Below, piece by piece: positions 30,124 to 40,040 of a DNA stretch of 64,000 bases (position 1 is its first letter; every line of letters starts with the position of its first letter). The stretch is from the NCBI GenBank assembly GCA_963755125.1, contig CAVWIP010000002.1, positions 64,001 to 128,000 of the forward strand. The letters run 5' to 3'. Below the pieces are notes generated by a model. The model did no database searches. It was given only the letters and a program-made list of their open reading frames with translations, and was not told the origin of the DNA. A program made the translations under genes and the position numbers. The DNA comes from an uncultured delta proteobacterium (GTDB taxonomy: Bacteria > Myxococcota_A > Polyangia > Fen-1088).

Positions 30124-30780
30124 ATGCACATTCTCATGACTGACCCGCAAACCAACTACACGCAGGAGGAGATCGACGAGATCATCAAGCGCGCGCTGAG
30201 CGAGCAGGCGCAGGGCGAACGCACGCTCAGCCACGCCGAGTTGGTTGAGATCGCGGCGGAGGCTGGCATCGAACGCGACGCCGTAGAGCGTGCTACCGCG
30301 GAGCTGGCGCGGTCTCGCACGCAAGAGCAGGCCCGGCAGGTTGCCTCCCGCGAGATCGCGGCCGAGCGGACCGTGCAGATCAAGCGGTTCGCCTCCTCGG
30401 CCGTGAGCTTCACCGTCCTGAACGGCTTTCTGTATTTCATCGCGACCCGTTTGACCGGTGGCAACTGGTATGTCTGGCCTTTGCTGGGCAGTGGTGCCGT
30501 GCTGGCGCTGCAGTTGAGGCACGTGATTTTCCCGTACGACAAGGTTTTGCGGCGTCGGCGTCGCGAGGAAAAGCGACGCGAGCGCGAGCGACGCCGGGCC
30601 GCGCGCGAGGCATGGAAGCGCAAGCTGCTCGACGGCAGTGGTTCCGTGGTCGAGGGAGCGAAGGAATTCGAGGGCGCGGTGCAGTCGGGGGTCACGGCGC
30701 TGCTGAGGATTGCCGCGCGGAAGCTCGAGGAGCATGTCGAGCGAGAGGAGAGTCAGCGCGACCGCAGTCCCAGGGTGTGA
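30124..30780 (+). CDS. 2TM-domain membrane protein
   Basis: YTQEEIDEIIKRAL...EL.EIAAEAGI N-terminus, two TM helices with WYVWPLLG, charged tail. Confidence 0.75.
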   Translation: MHILMTDPQTNYTQEEIDEIIKRALSEQAQGERTLSHAELVEIAAEAGIERDAVERATAELARSRTQEQARQVASREIAAERTVQIKRFASSAVSFTVLNGFLYFIATRLTGGNWYVWPLLGSGAVLALQLRHVIFPYDKVLRRRRREEKRRERERRRAAREAWKRKLLDGSGSVVEGAKEFEGAVQSGVTALLRIAARKLEEHVEREESQRDRSPRV

Positions 30781-30851
30781 ATACCCTCAACGAAACCCCG
30801 AGGTGCTGGCCCAGCTCGCGGAGTGGATCGGCGGTCTATAGTCGGCGGCGC

Positions 30852-31895
30852 CTACTCGCCTTCGGCGCCCAGGGCCAGCGGACCCTTGAGGGAATTCTCG
30901 ACTGCGGGGCCGATGAGGCCGGCCAGGTTGGTGAAGGCGCGGCTGCGTGCATCGGACTCGGCGCGGCCCACACCGCGGCCTTCCTTCTGGAATCCGGCAA
31001 TGACCGCGTCGGTGTCCAGTCGCTTGACCTCCACGTCGGCCGCCTCCTGCGCCGCCATGCCGGCAGCGATGACGGACGGCACCAGCGCCCTCTCGGAAAC
31101 TTCGAGCTTGATGACCACGGCACCCGCGGCCCTGTCAGCGGTCTGTACCTCCACGCCCAGCTTGGTCAGCCGTTCGACCACGCTGGCCGCCACCTGCTTG
31201 GCGCCCTCGCCAGTGGCGATGACCGTCACGCGCAACTTGGAACGCAGGGAGTGGGCCAGATCCTTGAAATCGCTGCGGGTCGGGGTCGCGCCCTTGTAGC
31301 TGCCGCCGATCGCGCGCAGCACGATAAGTTGCGTTTCCACCTCGTCGATGGCTTCCCGCGCGGGCTGCAGGTGCGTGAGCGCATCCATGGGCGCCCGCTT
31401 CTTCAAGGCCGCATTGATGGCCTTCATCTCGCGCGAGGCCTTGTCCGCCGCAGTATCCACGGCCGCGCTGATATGCTGCTGCGCCACCGCCCGGTCCACC
31501 GCGGCCAGCGCGTACATGGTGGCCTGCTGCGGGTCGAAGCAACGCGCGACAATCTGCGCGTCGGGCAGCTTGATCGCGCTCTTGATGGTGGACTTGTCCT
31601 GGACGGAAAAATGCCCCCCGCCGCTCGAACTGCCCGAGGCCTCGACGGTGGTGGTCGACGAGATCGACGCCACGATCTGTTTCGACATATCGGAAAGGGC
31701 GGCTGTCTTGGCCGGCACTTCGCCGGCAGCCTGACTGGGCATGCCGCCGGCAACGCCGAGCCCGACCAGGAAACGAGACCGGGGGTATTCCGGGCTCTGG
31801 CCGCTGCGGGTCCATTCGGGACACCCGGCGTCGGCCCTGGCGGGCACGAGTAGCAGGGTGGGAACAAGCGCGGCCAAGGTCAGATAGTTCTTCAT
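30852..31895 (-). CDS. LPP20-like secreted protein
   Basis: Signal peptide, PEW...YP..RFLVGLG, ALSDMSKQI, YALAAVDR. Confidence 0.7.
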   Translation of the reverse strand: MKNYLTLAALVPTLLLVPARADAGCPEWTRSGQSPEYPRSRFLVGLGVAGGMPSQAAGEVPAKTAALSDMSKQIVASISSTTTVEASGSSSGGGHFSVQDKSTIKSAIKLPDAQIVARCFDPQQATMYALAAVDRAVAQQHISAAVDTAADKASREMKAINAALKKRAPMDALTHLQPAREAIDEVETQLIVLRAIGGSYKGATPTRSDFKDLAHSLRSKLRVTVIATGEGAKQVAASVVERLTKLGVEVQTADRAAGAVVIKLEVSERALVPSVIAAGMAAQEAADVEVKRLDTDAVIAGFQKEGRGVGRAESDARSRAFTNLAGLIGPAVENSLKGPLALGAEGE

Positions 31896-31930
31896 CGTCA
31901 CGCTCTGCCTCCGCTGACGTTGCCCGGCCG

Positions 31931-32953
31931 CTATTGTGGGGCAGCGGCTGCGGCATCCTTCATCTGCTCGCTGACCTTGTCCGCGTCCTTCTTCCAGGCG
32001 CGCACGCGCATTTCCAGATCCATCCACCCCTGATCCGGCTTCAATGTCTGGGCCATGTGCAACTCGGCGAGGGCGATGTCGTAGTCGCCCACCATCGCCT
32101 TGCCCAGGCCGTAGCTGTAGTGCGCCCGGCCCTTGACCTCTGGCTTGAGGGATGGGTTCGCGTCCGCCCTGGCCACCGCGCGTGCGAAGAACTCCACGGC
32201 CGTCCCCGGATCGCTGCGTTTCAGGTACTCGTTGCCCTGCTTCAGTTCGGGTAGGGCGCTGTCTTCCAGCAAAGCCACATGTTCCTGCACGGGGTGGGGC
32301 GCGATCATCTTCAAGAACTGATCGGCCACCTCGTTGCGGCACTGGTCGAGCAGCGCATCGCTATCCACATTGTCGGGATCGCCGTCGGTGGACGTGGTCT
32401 CCTTCTTGCGCTCCGCGACCAGTCGGCGGCTGACCAGCAGCTTGCTGGTGTTGGTGTCGAACACGCGCACGTTGGTCACGAAGCGCGCCTTCACCGTGCG
32501 GGTGTAGCGGGTGCATGGGTAACGCAGCAGCTTTCCGCTCTCATACCGGGTGCAGGTGTCGCTCTTGCTGTTGACCTTGTCGTCGGCCTTGGATTCGTTG
32601 ACCGTGCCGGCCACCAGCGCCGCTGCGGGCAGAAGCTTTCCGATCTCCACGCCCTGATTCTGTTCAAACGCCGCATCCAGCGCGCCTCGGTGTTCGGCCG
32701 TGATTTTGTCCATCTCGGCTCGCTCCACCACCTCGTAGCGCTTGGAATCGAGGATGCGTTGGCTGACCATGGTGGCGAAGGTCTCACCGTCGGGACCGTC
32801 GATCTTGGTGATGGCGATGCGCTTGACGCCAGCCAGGTTGACTTCAGCGGGCGCCAGGCGAGTGACCGTGATACTGGTGCCACAGCCGACGGAAAGAATC
32901 GAAGTCAGCGAGAAGGCGGCCAGCGGCAGGTGAAGAGCAAGAGTTCTGTTCAT
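31931..32953 (-). CDS. CsgG/HfaB-like lipoprotein with C-terminal TPR
   Basis: Lipobox SVGC, YEVVERAEMDKI..E, IGKLL.AAALVAG, AHYSYGL TPR. Confidence 0.75.
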   Translation of the reverse strand: MNRTLALHLPLAAFSLTSILSVGCGTSITVTRLAPAEVNLAGVKRIAITKIDGPDGETFATMVSQRILDSKRYEVVERAEMDKITAEHRGALDAAFEQNQGVEIGKLLPAAALVAGTVNESKADDKVNSKSDTCTRYESGKLLRYPCTRYTRTVKARFVTNVRVFDTNTSKLLVSRRLVAERKKETTSTDGDPDNVDSDALLDQCRNEVADQFLKMIAPHPVQEHVALLEDSALPELKQGNEYLKRSDPGTAVEFFARAVARADANPSLKPEVKGRAHYSYGLGKAMVGDYDIALAELHMAQTLKPDQGWMDLEMRVRAWKKDADKVSEQMKDAAAAAPQ

Positions 32954-32991
32954 GGGTTATTCCGGGTTTGAGTCGTGCGCGTGGGCGCCGG

Positions 32992-33582
32992 CTACTGGGC
33001 AGTCGCGTCGTCCAGCTCGGAGAAGGCCTTGTCAGCCCGGTGGATGATGGCGGCGCGTTCCCGGTCGTCGAGCCCCTTCATCTGCGTGAGCGAGTCCTTG
33101 AAGGATTCCGTGTCGAGCACCACCAGCGCCCAGAGGGTGCCGCTGTTCGAGACCCAGGTGGCTTCCAGGCGCGTGCCCGAGAGGGTCATGTCCGTGATCT
33201 GCTTGGACACATCTTCGATGTGCTGCTCGCTGGCGGTCTTGTTCTCGGGGCCGCCCTGGGTGGCTGCCTGGTAGTCCTTCAGCATCGCCTTGACGCGGGT
33301 CTGCAGGCTGCGCGCCAGTTCGGTGCGCGCGCGGCCCTCGGCCGCAGAGTTGGCCAGCGAGATGTTGGTCATCCCCGACACGCTGCCTTTGCCGCAGACA
33401 GCCTTCTTGTTTTGCAGGCTGGCCTGACAGGGGCCGCTCACCCACGGAGGAGCGCCCACCAACTCGGCCTGGAGCGCGTTCTGCGGCTTCGCCGGCGAAC
33501 TGCCGCATCCGACAACGATCCCCAGAAGCGCGAGAGACGTGGTTGCACGGGACAGAAGGCCAAAGAGATTCTGCTGTGACAT
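32992..33582 (-). CDS. LPP20-family lipoprotein
   Basis: Lipobox VVGC, APPWV, AEGRARTELAR, ADKAFSELD; AAGGAG RBS. Confidence 0.8.
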   Translation of the reverse strand: MSQQNLFGLLSRATTSLALLGIVVGCGSSPAKPQNALQAELVGAPPWVSGPCQASLQNKKAVCGKGSVSGMTNISLANSAAEGRARTELARSLQTRVKAMLKDYQAATQGGPENKTASEQHIEDVSKQITDMTLSGTRLEATWVSNSGTLWALVVLDTESFKDSLTQMKGLDDRERAAIIHRADKAFSELDDATAQ

Positions 33583-33854
33583 AGGTATCGGCTCCTTTCT
33601 TGGTGACAGTACCCGCGGCTGCTGCCTCTGGTTCCGCTCACGCGGATCTTCGGCGCGACAAGCCGGCCGGGAGCAGTGTCCCAGATTAAGCGCGTCAGCG
33701 TCAAGAAGGCCGGCGCAGAAATTTCGCGACAAATGCATTGCAGCGGCGAGCCATCAGATGCCGCGTCGGGCAGCGGTCGGCGGTGACAGGCACCGGAACC
33801 CAGGGAGAGAAGACGGAGCCTGACGACGCGAAGTGGTCCGGCGAAGACGCGAGC

Positions 33855-34892
33855 CTACTTCTGGTCGTTCTTCGAACCGAACACCACGGTGACGCTCATG
33901 CGGCCCGGGCCACCAGTCAACTTGGCCTTGCCGGCCTTCGCAGCAGCGCAGACAGCCAGGAATTCGTCACCGAGCGAGCTCAGTTCCATGCGTGATTCCT
34001 CGACTGAGCCGTCGGGGCCGACCTTGATACCGAGGACCAGCGTGCCACGCAGGCCGGGTCGCGACTCAAGGGCTTTCTGATAGCAGGGCAGAAGCAGAGG
34101 CCCGAGCTCCGTGCTGGCCCTGGCCAGGGTTTCCGGCACGTCCCCGCCGGTGGCGCTGCGCGGACGCCGAATCACAACTTGCGGATCGGTCACCGGCGAG
34201 TCCAGGTCGCTGTCTGGAGTGTTGTCGCCTTGGGCCAGGCGCGAGCCGTCCGGGGCGAGCAGGGCCACGGTTTCCAGATCGATCTCCATCGTGACCACGG
34301 TGCCGCCGCTGATCCACAGGCAGGTCTGCTGGCGCAACTTCGAGTACACGGGGCGGAACACCACGCGCAGGAAGACCTTGCCTGCGGCGCGTTCGATCAG
34401 GACATGATCGGCAGCCTCGGGCGACAGGCGGAAGCCAATGGTGCCTGTCTCCAGGTTGGTCAGAAGCTCGGCGTTGTCCGCCAATCTGAAACTCCGGCCC
34501 GTGTCGAGCACCAGCCGGTGCTCCCCCAATTCGTAGTTGGCCAGGGCGAAGCCCTGAGCCGGCACGATGGCAACGTAGCGCATGCGCTCAGCATCCTGGC
34601 GGCGGCGGGCGTGCTCCTCGCGCTCTTGCGCTTGGGCCACAACGTTGCCCGAAAAAACCATCGAGTTCTCGTCGCGCAGGGTCTGGCACAGGTGGGCCAG
34701 CCCTTCACCGCCTTCGACTGCGAAGGCACCAGCAGTGCCGATGTTGCGGGGCAGGGCGGGCATCGGCGACCGGCTGGGCGAGCGCGGGACCGCGACAGGC
34801 GGAGGCGGTGGGGCCGTCCCGGTGGTTTGGGTCGAGGCGCAGGCAAACGCCGTGGTCAGATCGAGCAGCGCAACGCAACGCAAGCAGCGCAT
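33855..34892 (-). CDS. Lipoprotein with C-terminal AgmX/PglI (TonB-C-like) domain
   Basis: PCYQKALESRPGLRGTLVLGIKVGPDGSV...SSLGD..LAVC. Confidence 0.7.
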   Translation of the reverse strand: MRCLRCVALLDLTTAFACASTQTTGTAPPPPPVAVPRSPSRSPMPALPRNIGTAGAFAVEGGEGLAHLCQTLRDENSMVFSGNVVAQAQEREEHARRRQDAERMRYVAIVPAQGFALANYELGEHRLVLDTGRSFRLADNAELLTNLETGTIGFRLSPEAADHVLIERAAGKVFLRVVFRPVYSKLRQQTCLWISGGTVVTMEIDLETVALLAPDGSRLAQGDNTPDSDLDSPVTDPQVVIRRPRSATGGDVPETLARASTELGPLLLPCYQKALESRPGLRGTLVLGIKVGPDGSVEESRMELSSLGDEFLAVCAAAKAGKAKLTGGPGRMSVTVVFGSKNDQK

Positions 34893-34926
34893 GAAACAAC
34901 TTTACCTGAGATATGGCCCTTCGTGG

Positions 34927-35277
34927 CTATCGCCATTGCATGAAATGAAAAAGCCAGTTGACCAGTGTGATGGCGCTCGATGACAGCAGCAGGGCGCGCG
35001 TGGTCTTGATCTCGAACGAAGGGAGCAGCTTGTCAGCCAGCCAGAGCAGGACGGTGTTCACGATGTAGGTGGTGAAGAGCAGCAACAGGCCCAGGGTCAG
35101 GATGGTGGGGACCACGAGCAGCAGGCGGAGCAGCCAGCCGAGCGCCCAGTTGAGCAGGCTGAACACGACCGCCACGGTGATGGCCGCCGGGGGATTCTTC
35201 AGCCACACCCCGGAGGTCACCCGGCTCAGGACGAGCACGGTCAATGCCAGGACACCAACATGAAGAACAATGTGCAT
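34927..35277 (-). CDS. 4-TM phage-holin-like (YvlD/DUF360-type) membrane protein
   Basis: LLN..L..LL.L...P.ILTLGL....VNTVLLWLA.KL...FEI pattern. Confidence 0.8.
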   Translation of the reverse strand: MHIVLHVGVLALTVLVLSRVTSGVWLKNPPAAITVAVVFSLLNWALGWLLRLLLVVPTILTLGLLLLFTTYIVNTVLLWLADKLLPSFEIKTTRALLLSSSAITLVNWLFHFMQWR

Positions 35278-35430
35278 GTTTGAATCATAGCGCGTCCCAA
35301 AAAATATTCTCTGGGTCCTCCCCTCTCACGTTTGTGTTCCGGCCGCGGGCAGTCGTCCAGATGAACGCCGTCACTGCAAGGCTATTGTTTTCCCAAAACC
35401 AGCGTGGCAAGAACGCACCTCGGAATCCGC

Positions 35431-35799
35431 ATGCACGAAACCTCCGTCGCCCAGCGCATGGTGGACACGGCCATCGAGGTTGCTGACCAGAACGGCGGCG
35501 GTCGCGTCGTGGGCATGCGCCTTCTGCTGGGCGAGATGACCTGCGTGGAGCCGGACACCTTGAGCTTCGCCTTCGGCGTGGTCAGCCGGGGCACGCGCGT
35601 CGAGGGCTGTGCGTTGGAAATCGTGTGCGTGCCCACCCGCCTGCGCTGCCGCGCTTGCGGCGCCGAGCGCGGCGGCGACTTGCTGGAACTCTGCGCCTGC
35701 GGCACGCCCGGCGGCGAGGTGCTGGCGGGCCGCGAGTTGCGGCTTGACACCATCGACATCGACGACCAGGCGGCCTTGCCCGCAGGAGAGCAACCATGA
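35431..35799 (+). CDS. hypA: Hydrogenase nickel metallochaperone HypA
   Basis: MHETSVA Ni-binding start, GEMTCVEPDTLSFAF, CRAC, GRELRL. Confidence 0.93.
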   Translation: MHETSVAQRMVDTAIEVADQNGGGRVVGMRLLLGEMTCVEPDTLSFAFGVVSRGTRVEGCALEIVCVPTRLRCRACGAERGGDLLELCACGTPGGEVLAGRELRLDTIDIDDQAALPAGEQP

Positions 35800-36542
35800 G
35801 CAAAGAGATCGAGGTGGCCCGCGACGTCTTGCAGGACAACCGCGAGAACGCCGCGAGCAACCGCCGGCGCTTCGGGCGCGAGGGCGTGTACGTGGTGAAC
35901 CTCATGTCCGGGCCGGGCGCGGGCAAGACCACCCTGCTGGAACGCACGGCCGAGGAGCTGGGCAAACGCGTGCGCATGGCGGTCATCACGGGCGACATCG
36001 CGACCACGCGCGACGCGGATCGTATCGGCCGCCACGGGGTGCCCACGTTGCAGATCAACACCGGCGGTGCCTGCCACATCGAAGCGCATCAGATCGCGCG
36101 CGCCGCCGACGATCTGAAGGCGGGACATTTTACATGGGAACTCTCACAGGGTTCCCAAACCCTCCCGCGATGGTCCGCCGCCGGTGAAGCCGGCGGGCTC
36201 CCCACGCGACTGGACCTGCTCGTCATTGAAAACGTGGGCAATCTGGTGTGCCCGGCCGAGTTCGATCTGGGCGAGCACGACAAGGTGATGATGCTCTCCT
36301 GCACCGAGGGCCACGACAAGCCGGGCAAGTACCCACTGATGTTCCAGGAGTCGCGTGCTCTGATCCTCAACAAGATGGATCTGCAGCCTCACACCAACTT
36401 CGACGTGGCGGCCGCTCTCGCCGACGCCCGCGCCATCAACCCCAGCATCGAGGTCATCAAGATGTCGGCCTGGAAAGGCGAGGGCCTGCAGGCATGGTTC
36501 GACTGGCTGCTGGCGCGCATGGCAGCCACCCGGCGCATGTAG
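35796..36542 (+). CDS. hypB: Hydrogenase nickel incorporation GTPase HypB
   Basis: SGPGAGKTTLLE, QINTGGACH, ENVGNLVCPAEFDLGE, DKPGKYP, NKMD. Confidence 0.95.
   Translation: MSKEIEVARDVLQDNRENAASNRRRFGREGVYVVNLMSGPGAGKTTLLERTAEELGKRVRMAVITGDIATTRDADRIGRHGVPTLQINTGGACHIEAHQIARAADDLKAGHFTWELSQGSQTLPRWSAAGEAGGLPTRLDLLVIENVGNLVCPAEFDLGEHDKVMMLSCTEGHDKPGKYPLMFQESRALILNKMDLQPHTNFDVAAALADARAINPSIEVIKMSAWKGEGLQAWFDWLLARMAATRRM
36120..36200. repeat. Palindromic element inserted in frame in hypB
   Basis: Nested stems gcggga/tcccgc and gggaac/gttccc, then ccgccgg-tgaag-ccggcgg; coincides with ~25 extra residues. Confidence 0.6.
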
Positions 36543-36543
36543 G

Positions 36544-38826
36544 ATGGAAGCGCGCGCGGGTCGCCGCATCCTGGTTCGCGGCGTGGTGCAGGGCGTGGGG
36601 TTTCGGCCCTGGGTGTGGCGGCTGGCGCAGCAGGCGGGACTGGCTGGCCGGGTTTTCAATGACGGCCAAGGGGTGACCATCGAAGCGTTCGGTGCGCCGG
36701 CGGCGCTCGACGGATTTGTGACCAGCCTGGGCCAGCCACCGCCCGCGGCGCGCATAAAGAGCTTTACCAGTGAAGTGATTTCGACCGAGGCTGTCGCCAC
36801 ATTCATCATTGCGCCGAGCGGGCCGACCGGCGAGTCGGGCCGGCGCGTGTCGATCCCGCCGGACATTGCCACCTGCGCCGACTGTCTGGCCGAGATCGAA
36901 GATGCGCGCGCCCGCCGGTTTCACTACGCGCTGACCAACTGCACCCAGTGTGGGCCGCGCTTCTCTATTGCACGCGAGATCCCGTACGACCGCGTTCACA
37001 CCACCATGGAGTCGTTTGTGATGTGCTCCGACTGCCGCCGCGAGTACGAAGATCCGGCGGACCGGCGCTTTCACGCCCAGCCCATCGCCTGTCCGGCTTG
37101 CGGACCCTTGCTCTTGCTGGTCGACGCCGACGGAGCGGCACTGGACCTGGCGGATCCGACGGAGCCAGCGGCTCGCCTGCTGGCCGACGGGAAGATCCTG
37201 GCGGTCAAGGGAATCGGCGGCTATCACCTGGCCTGCGATGCAACGTCATCGCTGGCAGTGTCCCGCCTGCGCGAACGCAAGCAGCGCGACCAGAAGCCCT
37301 TTGCGGTGATGGTGCGCGATCTTGGCGCCGCCGAGGCGCTGGCTTGGCTCGACGACGCGGAGCGGGCGCTGCTGGCGTCGGTCGAGCGGCCCATCGTGCT
37401 GGTCCGGCGCAAGGCGGATTCCGGCTTGGCCCCGGAAGTGGTTCCCGAGAACCCGACGGTCGGTCTTCTGCTCGCCTACTCGCCGCTGCACCATCTGCTG
37501 CTGGCCCGAGCCGAGCGGCCTCTGGTCATGACCTCGGGAAATCTTTCGGAAGACCCCATCGCCTTCGACGACGCCGATGCGCAGAGCCGGCTGGCCGGGA
37601 TTGCCGACGCCTGGCTGGTCCACGATCGTGCCATCGCGAATCCCTGCGACGATTCGGTGGGCCGTCTGATCGCGGGCCGGCCGGTGTTGTTCCGCCGATC
37701 GCGCGGCTACGTGCCTAGTCCGATTGTCTTGTCGTCCGCGATCGCGCCGGTTCTGGCCTGCGGGGCGCAACTGAAGAACACCTTTGCTCTGGCGCAGGGC
37801 CACGACGCCTATCTCGGCCCTCACATCGGCGATCTCGACAACCTGGCGACCCTGGTTGCCTACGAGCGCGCGGTGGCGCGGCTGCAGCGCTTCGTCGGCA
37901 TCGAGCCGGAAATCATCGCCCACGATCTGCACGCCGGTTATCAATCGACCCGCTATGCGCTGGCGCGGCCCGAGGCGTGCAAGATCGCCGTGCAGCACCA
38001 CCACGCCCATGTGGCCGCTGCCATGGCCGAGTACGGCCTTGCCGGGCCGGTCATCGGCGTGGCCTATGACGGAACCGGGCTAGGCAGCGACGGGACGGCC
38101 TGGGGTGGTGAGATCTTGCTGGCCGATTTCGCGCGGTTCGAGCGCCTGGCCACCCTGCGGCCCATCCCTCTGGCTGGCGGCGATCTGGCCATCCAGCAGG
38201 TGTGGCGGCTGGCGCTCGCTCTGCTCGACGACGCCTTTGACGGCGACCCGCCACTTTCCGCCCTGGCCCCGTTTAAGTCGATCCCCGCAGGCGAGATCGC
38301 GCTCTGCCGCCGCATGATCGCCGAGAGGCTGAACGCGCCGCTGGCCCATGGTGCCGGTCGCTACTTCGACGCCCTGGGCGCGATTGGCCTGGCTGCGACC
38401 CAATCGTACTTCGAGGGCCAGGTGGCCATGCGCTGGAACTTCGTCGCTGATCCGGGCGAAACCGGCCGCTACGATTTCGCGCTGGACTCGACCCGGCGTC
38501 CCTGGCTGATGGATCTGCGGCCGATGGTGCGTCAGGCGACCATGGACATCGTGAATCAGCGCGCGCCGGCCGTGGTGTCGGCCCGCTTTCACAACACCCT
38601 GGTAGCGGCAACCGCCGATGCGCTCCGCTTGGTGCGACAGCAGCACGGCAAACACCCGGTGGTATTCACCGGCGGTTGCTTTCAGAACGCGCGCCTCACC
38701 GAATCGCTGCTGGCGGCCTTGGCGCCGGATTTCTCCGTCCACATTCCCGGCCAGGTTCCGCCTGGCGACGGCGGCATCGCCTTGGGCCAGGCCCTTGTGG
38801 CCGACGCCGTGGCTCGGTGCATTTGA
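36544..38826 (+). CDS. hypF: Carbamoyltransferase HypF
   Basis: VRGVVQGVGFRP acylphosphatase, CxxC zinc fingers, KGIGGYHL, QHHHAH, DGTGLG, PPGDGGIALGQ. Confidence 0.96.
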   Translation: MEARAGRRILVRGVVQGVGFRPWVWRLAQQAGLAGRVFNDGQGVTIEAFGAPAALDGFVTSLGQPPPAARIKSFTSEVISTEAVATFIIAPSGPTGESGRRVSIPPDIATCADCLAEIEDARARRFHYALTNCTQCGPRFSIAREIPYDRVHTTMESFVMCSDCRREYEDPADRRFHAQPIACPACGPLLLLVDADGAALDLADPTEPAARLLADGKILAVKGIGGYHLACDATSSLAVSRLRERKQRDQKPFAVMVRDLGAAEALAWLDDAERALLASVERPIVLVRRKADSGLAPEVVPENPTVGLLLAYSPLHHLLLARAERPLVMTSGNLSEDPIAFDDADAQSRLAGIADAWLVHDRAIANPCDDSVGRLIAGRPVLFRRSRGYVPSPIVLSSAIAPVLACGAQLKNTFALAQGHDAYLGPHIGDLDNLATLVAYERAVARLQRFVGIEPEIIAHDLHAGYQSTRYALARPEACKIAVQHHHAHVAAAMAEYGLAGPVIGVAYDGTGLGSDGTAWGGEILLADFARFERLATLRPIPLAGGDLAIQQVWRLALALLDDAFDGDPPLSALAPFKSIPAGEIALCRRMIAERLNAPLAHGAGRYFDALGAIGLAATQSYFEGQVAMRWNFVADPGETGRYDFALDSTRRPWLMDLRPMVRQATMDIVNQRAPAVVSARFHNTLVAATADALRLVRQQHGKHPVVFTGGCFQNARLTESLLAALAPDFSVHIPGQVPPGDGGIALGQALVADAVARCI

Positions 38827-38843
38827 ACCTTCGCCTCGGCACG

Positions 38844-40040
38844 CTAGCGCGAGCCCTCCGCGGAACGCCGCTTCTGCGTGCCCGGGCGGGCGGGTGAAAG
38901 CTCGACCGGGCGGGCGGACTGCGTCGCGATCGCCTGCTCGTAGAGAAGTCCCAGACTTTCCATGATCGGCCCGGGTGGGAACCGTTCCAGCAGTGAAGTG
39001 CGGCCGCGCGCGCCCATCGCTCGACGTTCGATCTCCGACAAGGACATCAGGCGTCGCATCGCCTCGGCCAGGGCGCGTGGGGATCCGGTGCTCACCACGT
39101 AGCCTGAGTAGCCTGTCGAGACGGCAGCGTCCCAATTCGCTTGGCGCGTGACGACCACCGGGAGTCCCATCAGTTGCGCCTCGAGCACGACATTGGGCAT
39201 GCCTTCGGCCCAGGAGGGCAGCACCAGGGCATCCGAAGCTGTGTACAGCACACGCGGTTCCTTCTCAGGAGGCAAAACTCGCAGGTATTTCTCAACGCCC
39301 AGCGCGCGCGCCAGCTTGGGAAGCAGAGCAGACGGGATCTGATCGCGCGGGCGGCCCGCTAGCAGGAACACCGTGCCCTCGGGCAGCGCGCCCCATCGCA
39401 CCAGCAGGGCGAGCGACCACAGCAGCCCCAACTGGTTCTTGACCCAGCTAATCCGCGCGGGAAACGCCCAAACGAAGGCATCTGCCGAAAGCCCGAAGTA
39501 CTCGCGCGCTGCCACCCGTTCACCGGGACCCGGGGGACGAAAGGCTTCCGGGTTGAGCAGATTCGGGATCACCGCGATCTTCCCTGGCCTGATCCCGGCA
39601 AACCTACGCAGAGTGCGCTCGATTCCCAGGGAATTGACGACCACGCGATAGGCACGCCGGCTGATGATGCGCGACCAGAGCAGATCCCACGGGAGAACCG
39701 GGCGGCCTCGCACCGACATCAGCCAGGTGGGCGCGTGCTCGATACGGGACAACGCCGCTCGGACCCAGCGGTTGACGTTGTCGCGAAACGAATGGATCAG
39801 GTCGGGTTGGAACTCCTCGATGACCGCCGCCAGCGCCTTGATCGCACCAGCGCCACGGGCGTTGAGTGGGAAGCGCGGCTGGCCAGCCGGGACGTCGGAG
39901 TAGTGGATCTCGGGGGCGAGGGTACACAGGGCAACCTCGAAGCGGTTCGGATCGAGCAATCCCAGCATGCGCAGAACCTGGCGCTCGGTTCCGCCCTGCT
40001 GCAGGCTCTTGATCACGAAAAGGACGCGACGTTTGCTCAT
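38844..40040 (-). CDS. GT4-family glycosyltransferase
   Basis: GGTERQ, LPSWAEGMPNVVLEA. Confidence 0.9.
   Translation of the reverse strand: MSKRRVLFVIKSLQQGGTERQVLRMLGLLDPNRFEVALCTLAPEIHYSDVPAGQPRFPLNARGAGAIKALAAVIEEFQPDLIHSFRDNVNRWVRAALSRIEHAPTWLMSVRGRPVLPWDLLWSRIISRRAYRVVVNSLGIERTLRRFAGIRPGKIAVIPNLLNPEAFRPPGPGERVAAREYFGLSADAFVWAFPARISWVKNQLGLLWSLALLVRWGALPEGTVFLLAGRPRDQIPSALLPKLARALGVEKYLRVLPPEKEPRVLYTASDALVLPSWAEGMPNVVLEAQLMGLPVVVTRQANWDAAVSTGYSGYVVSTGSPRALAEAMRRLMSLSEIERRAMGARGRTSLLERFPPGPIMESLGLLYEQAIATQSARPVELSPARPGTQKRRSAEGSR

Noticed and set aside
34927..35277. Holin as evidence of a prophage
   Set aside because: This 4-TM family is commonly chromosomal; no endolysin or structural genes nearby.
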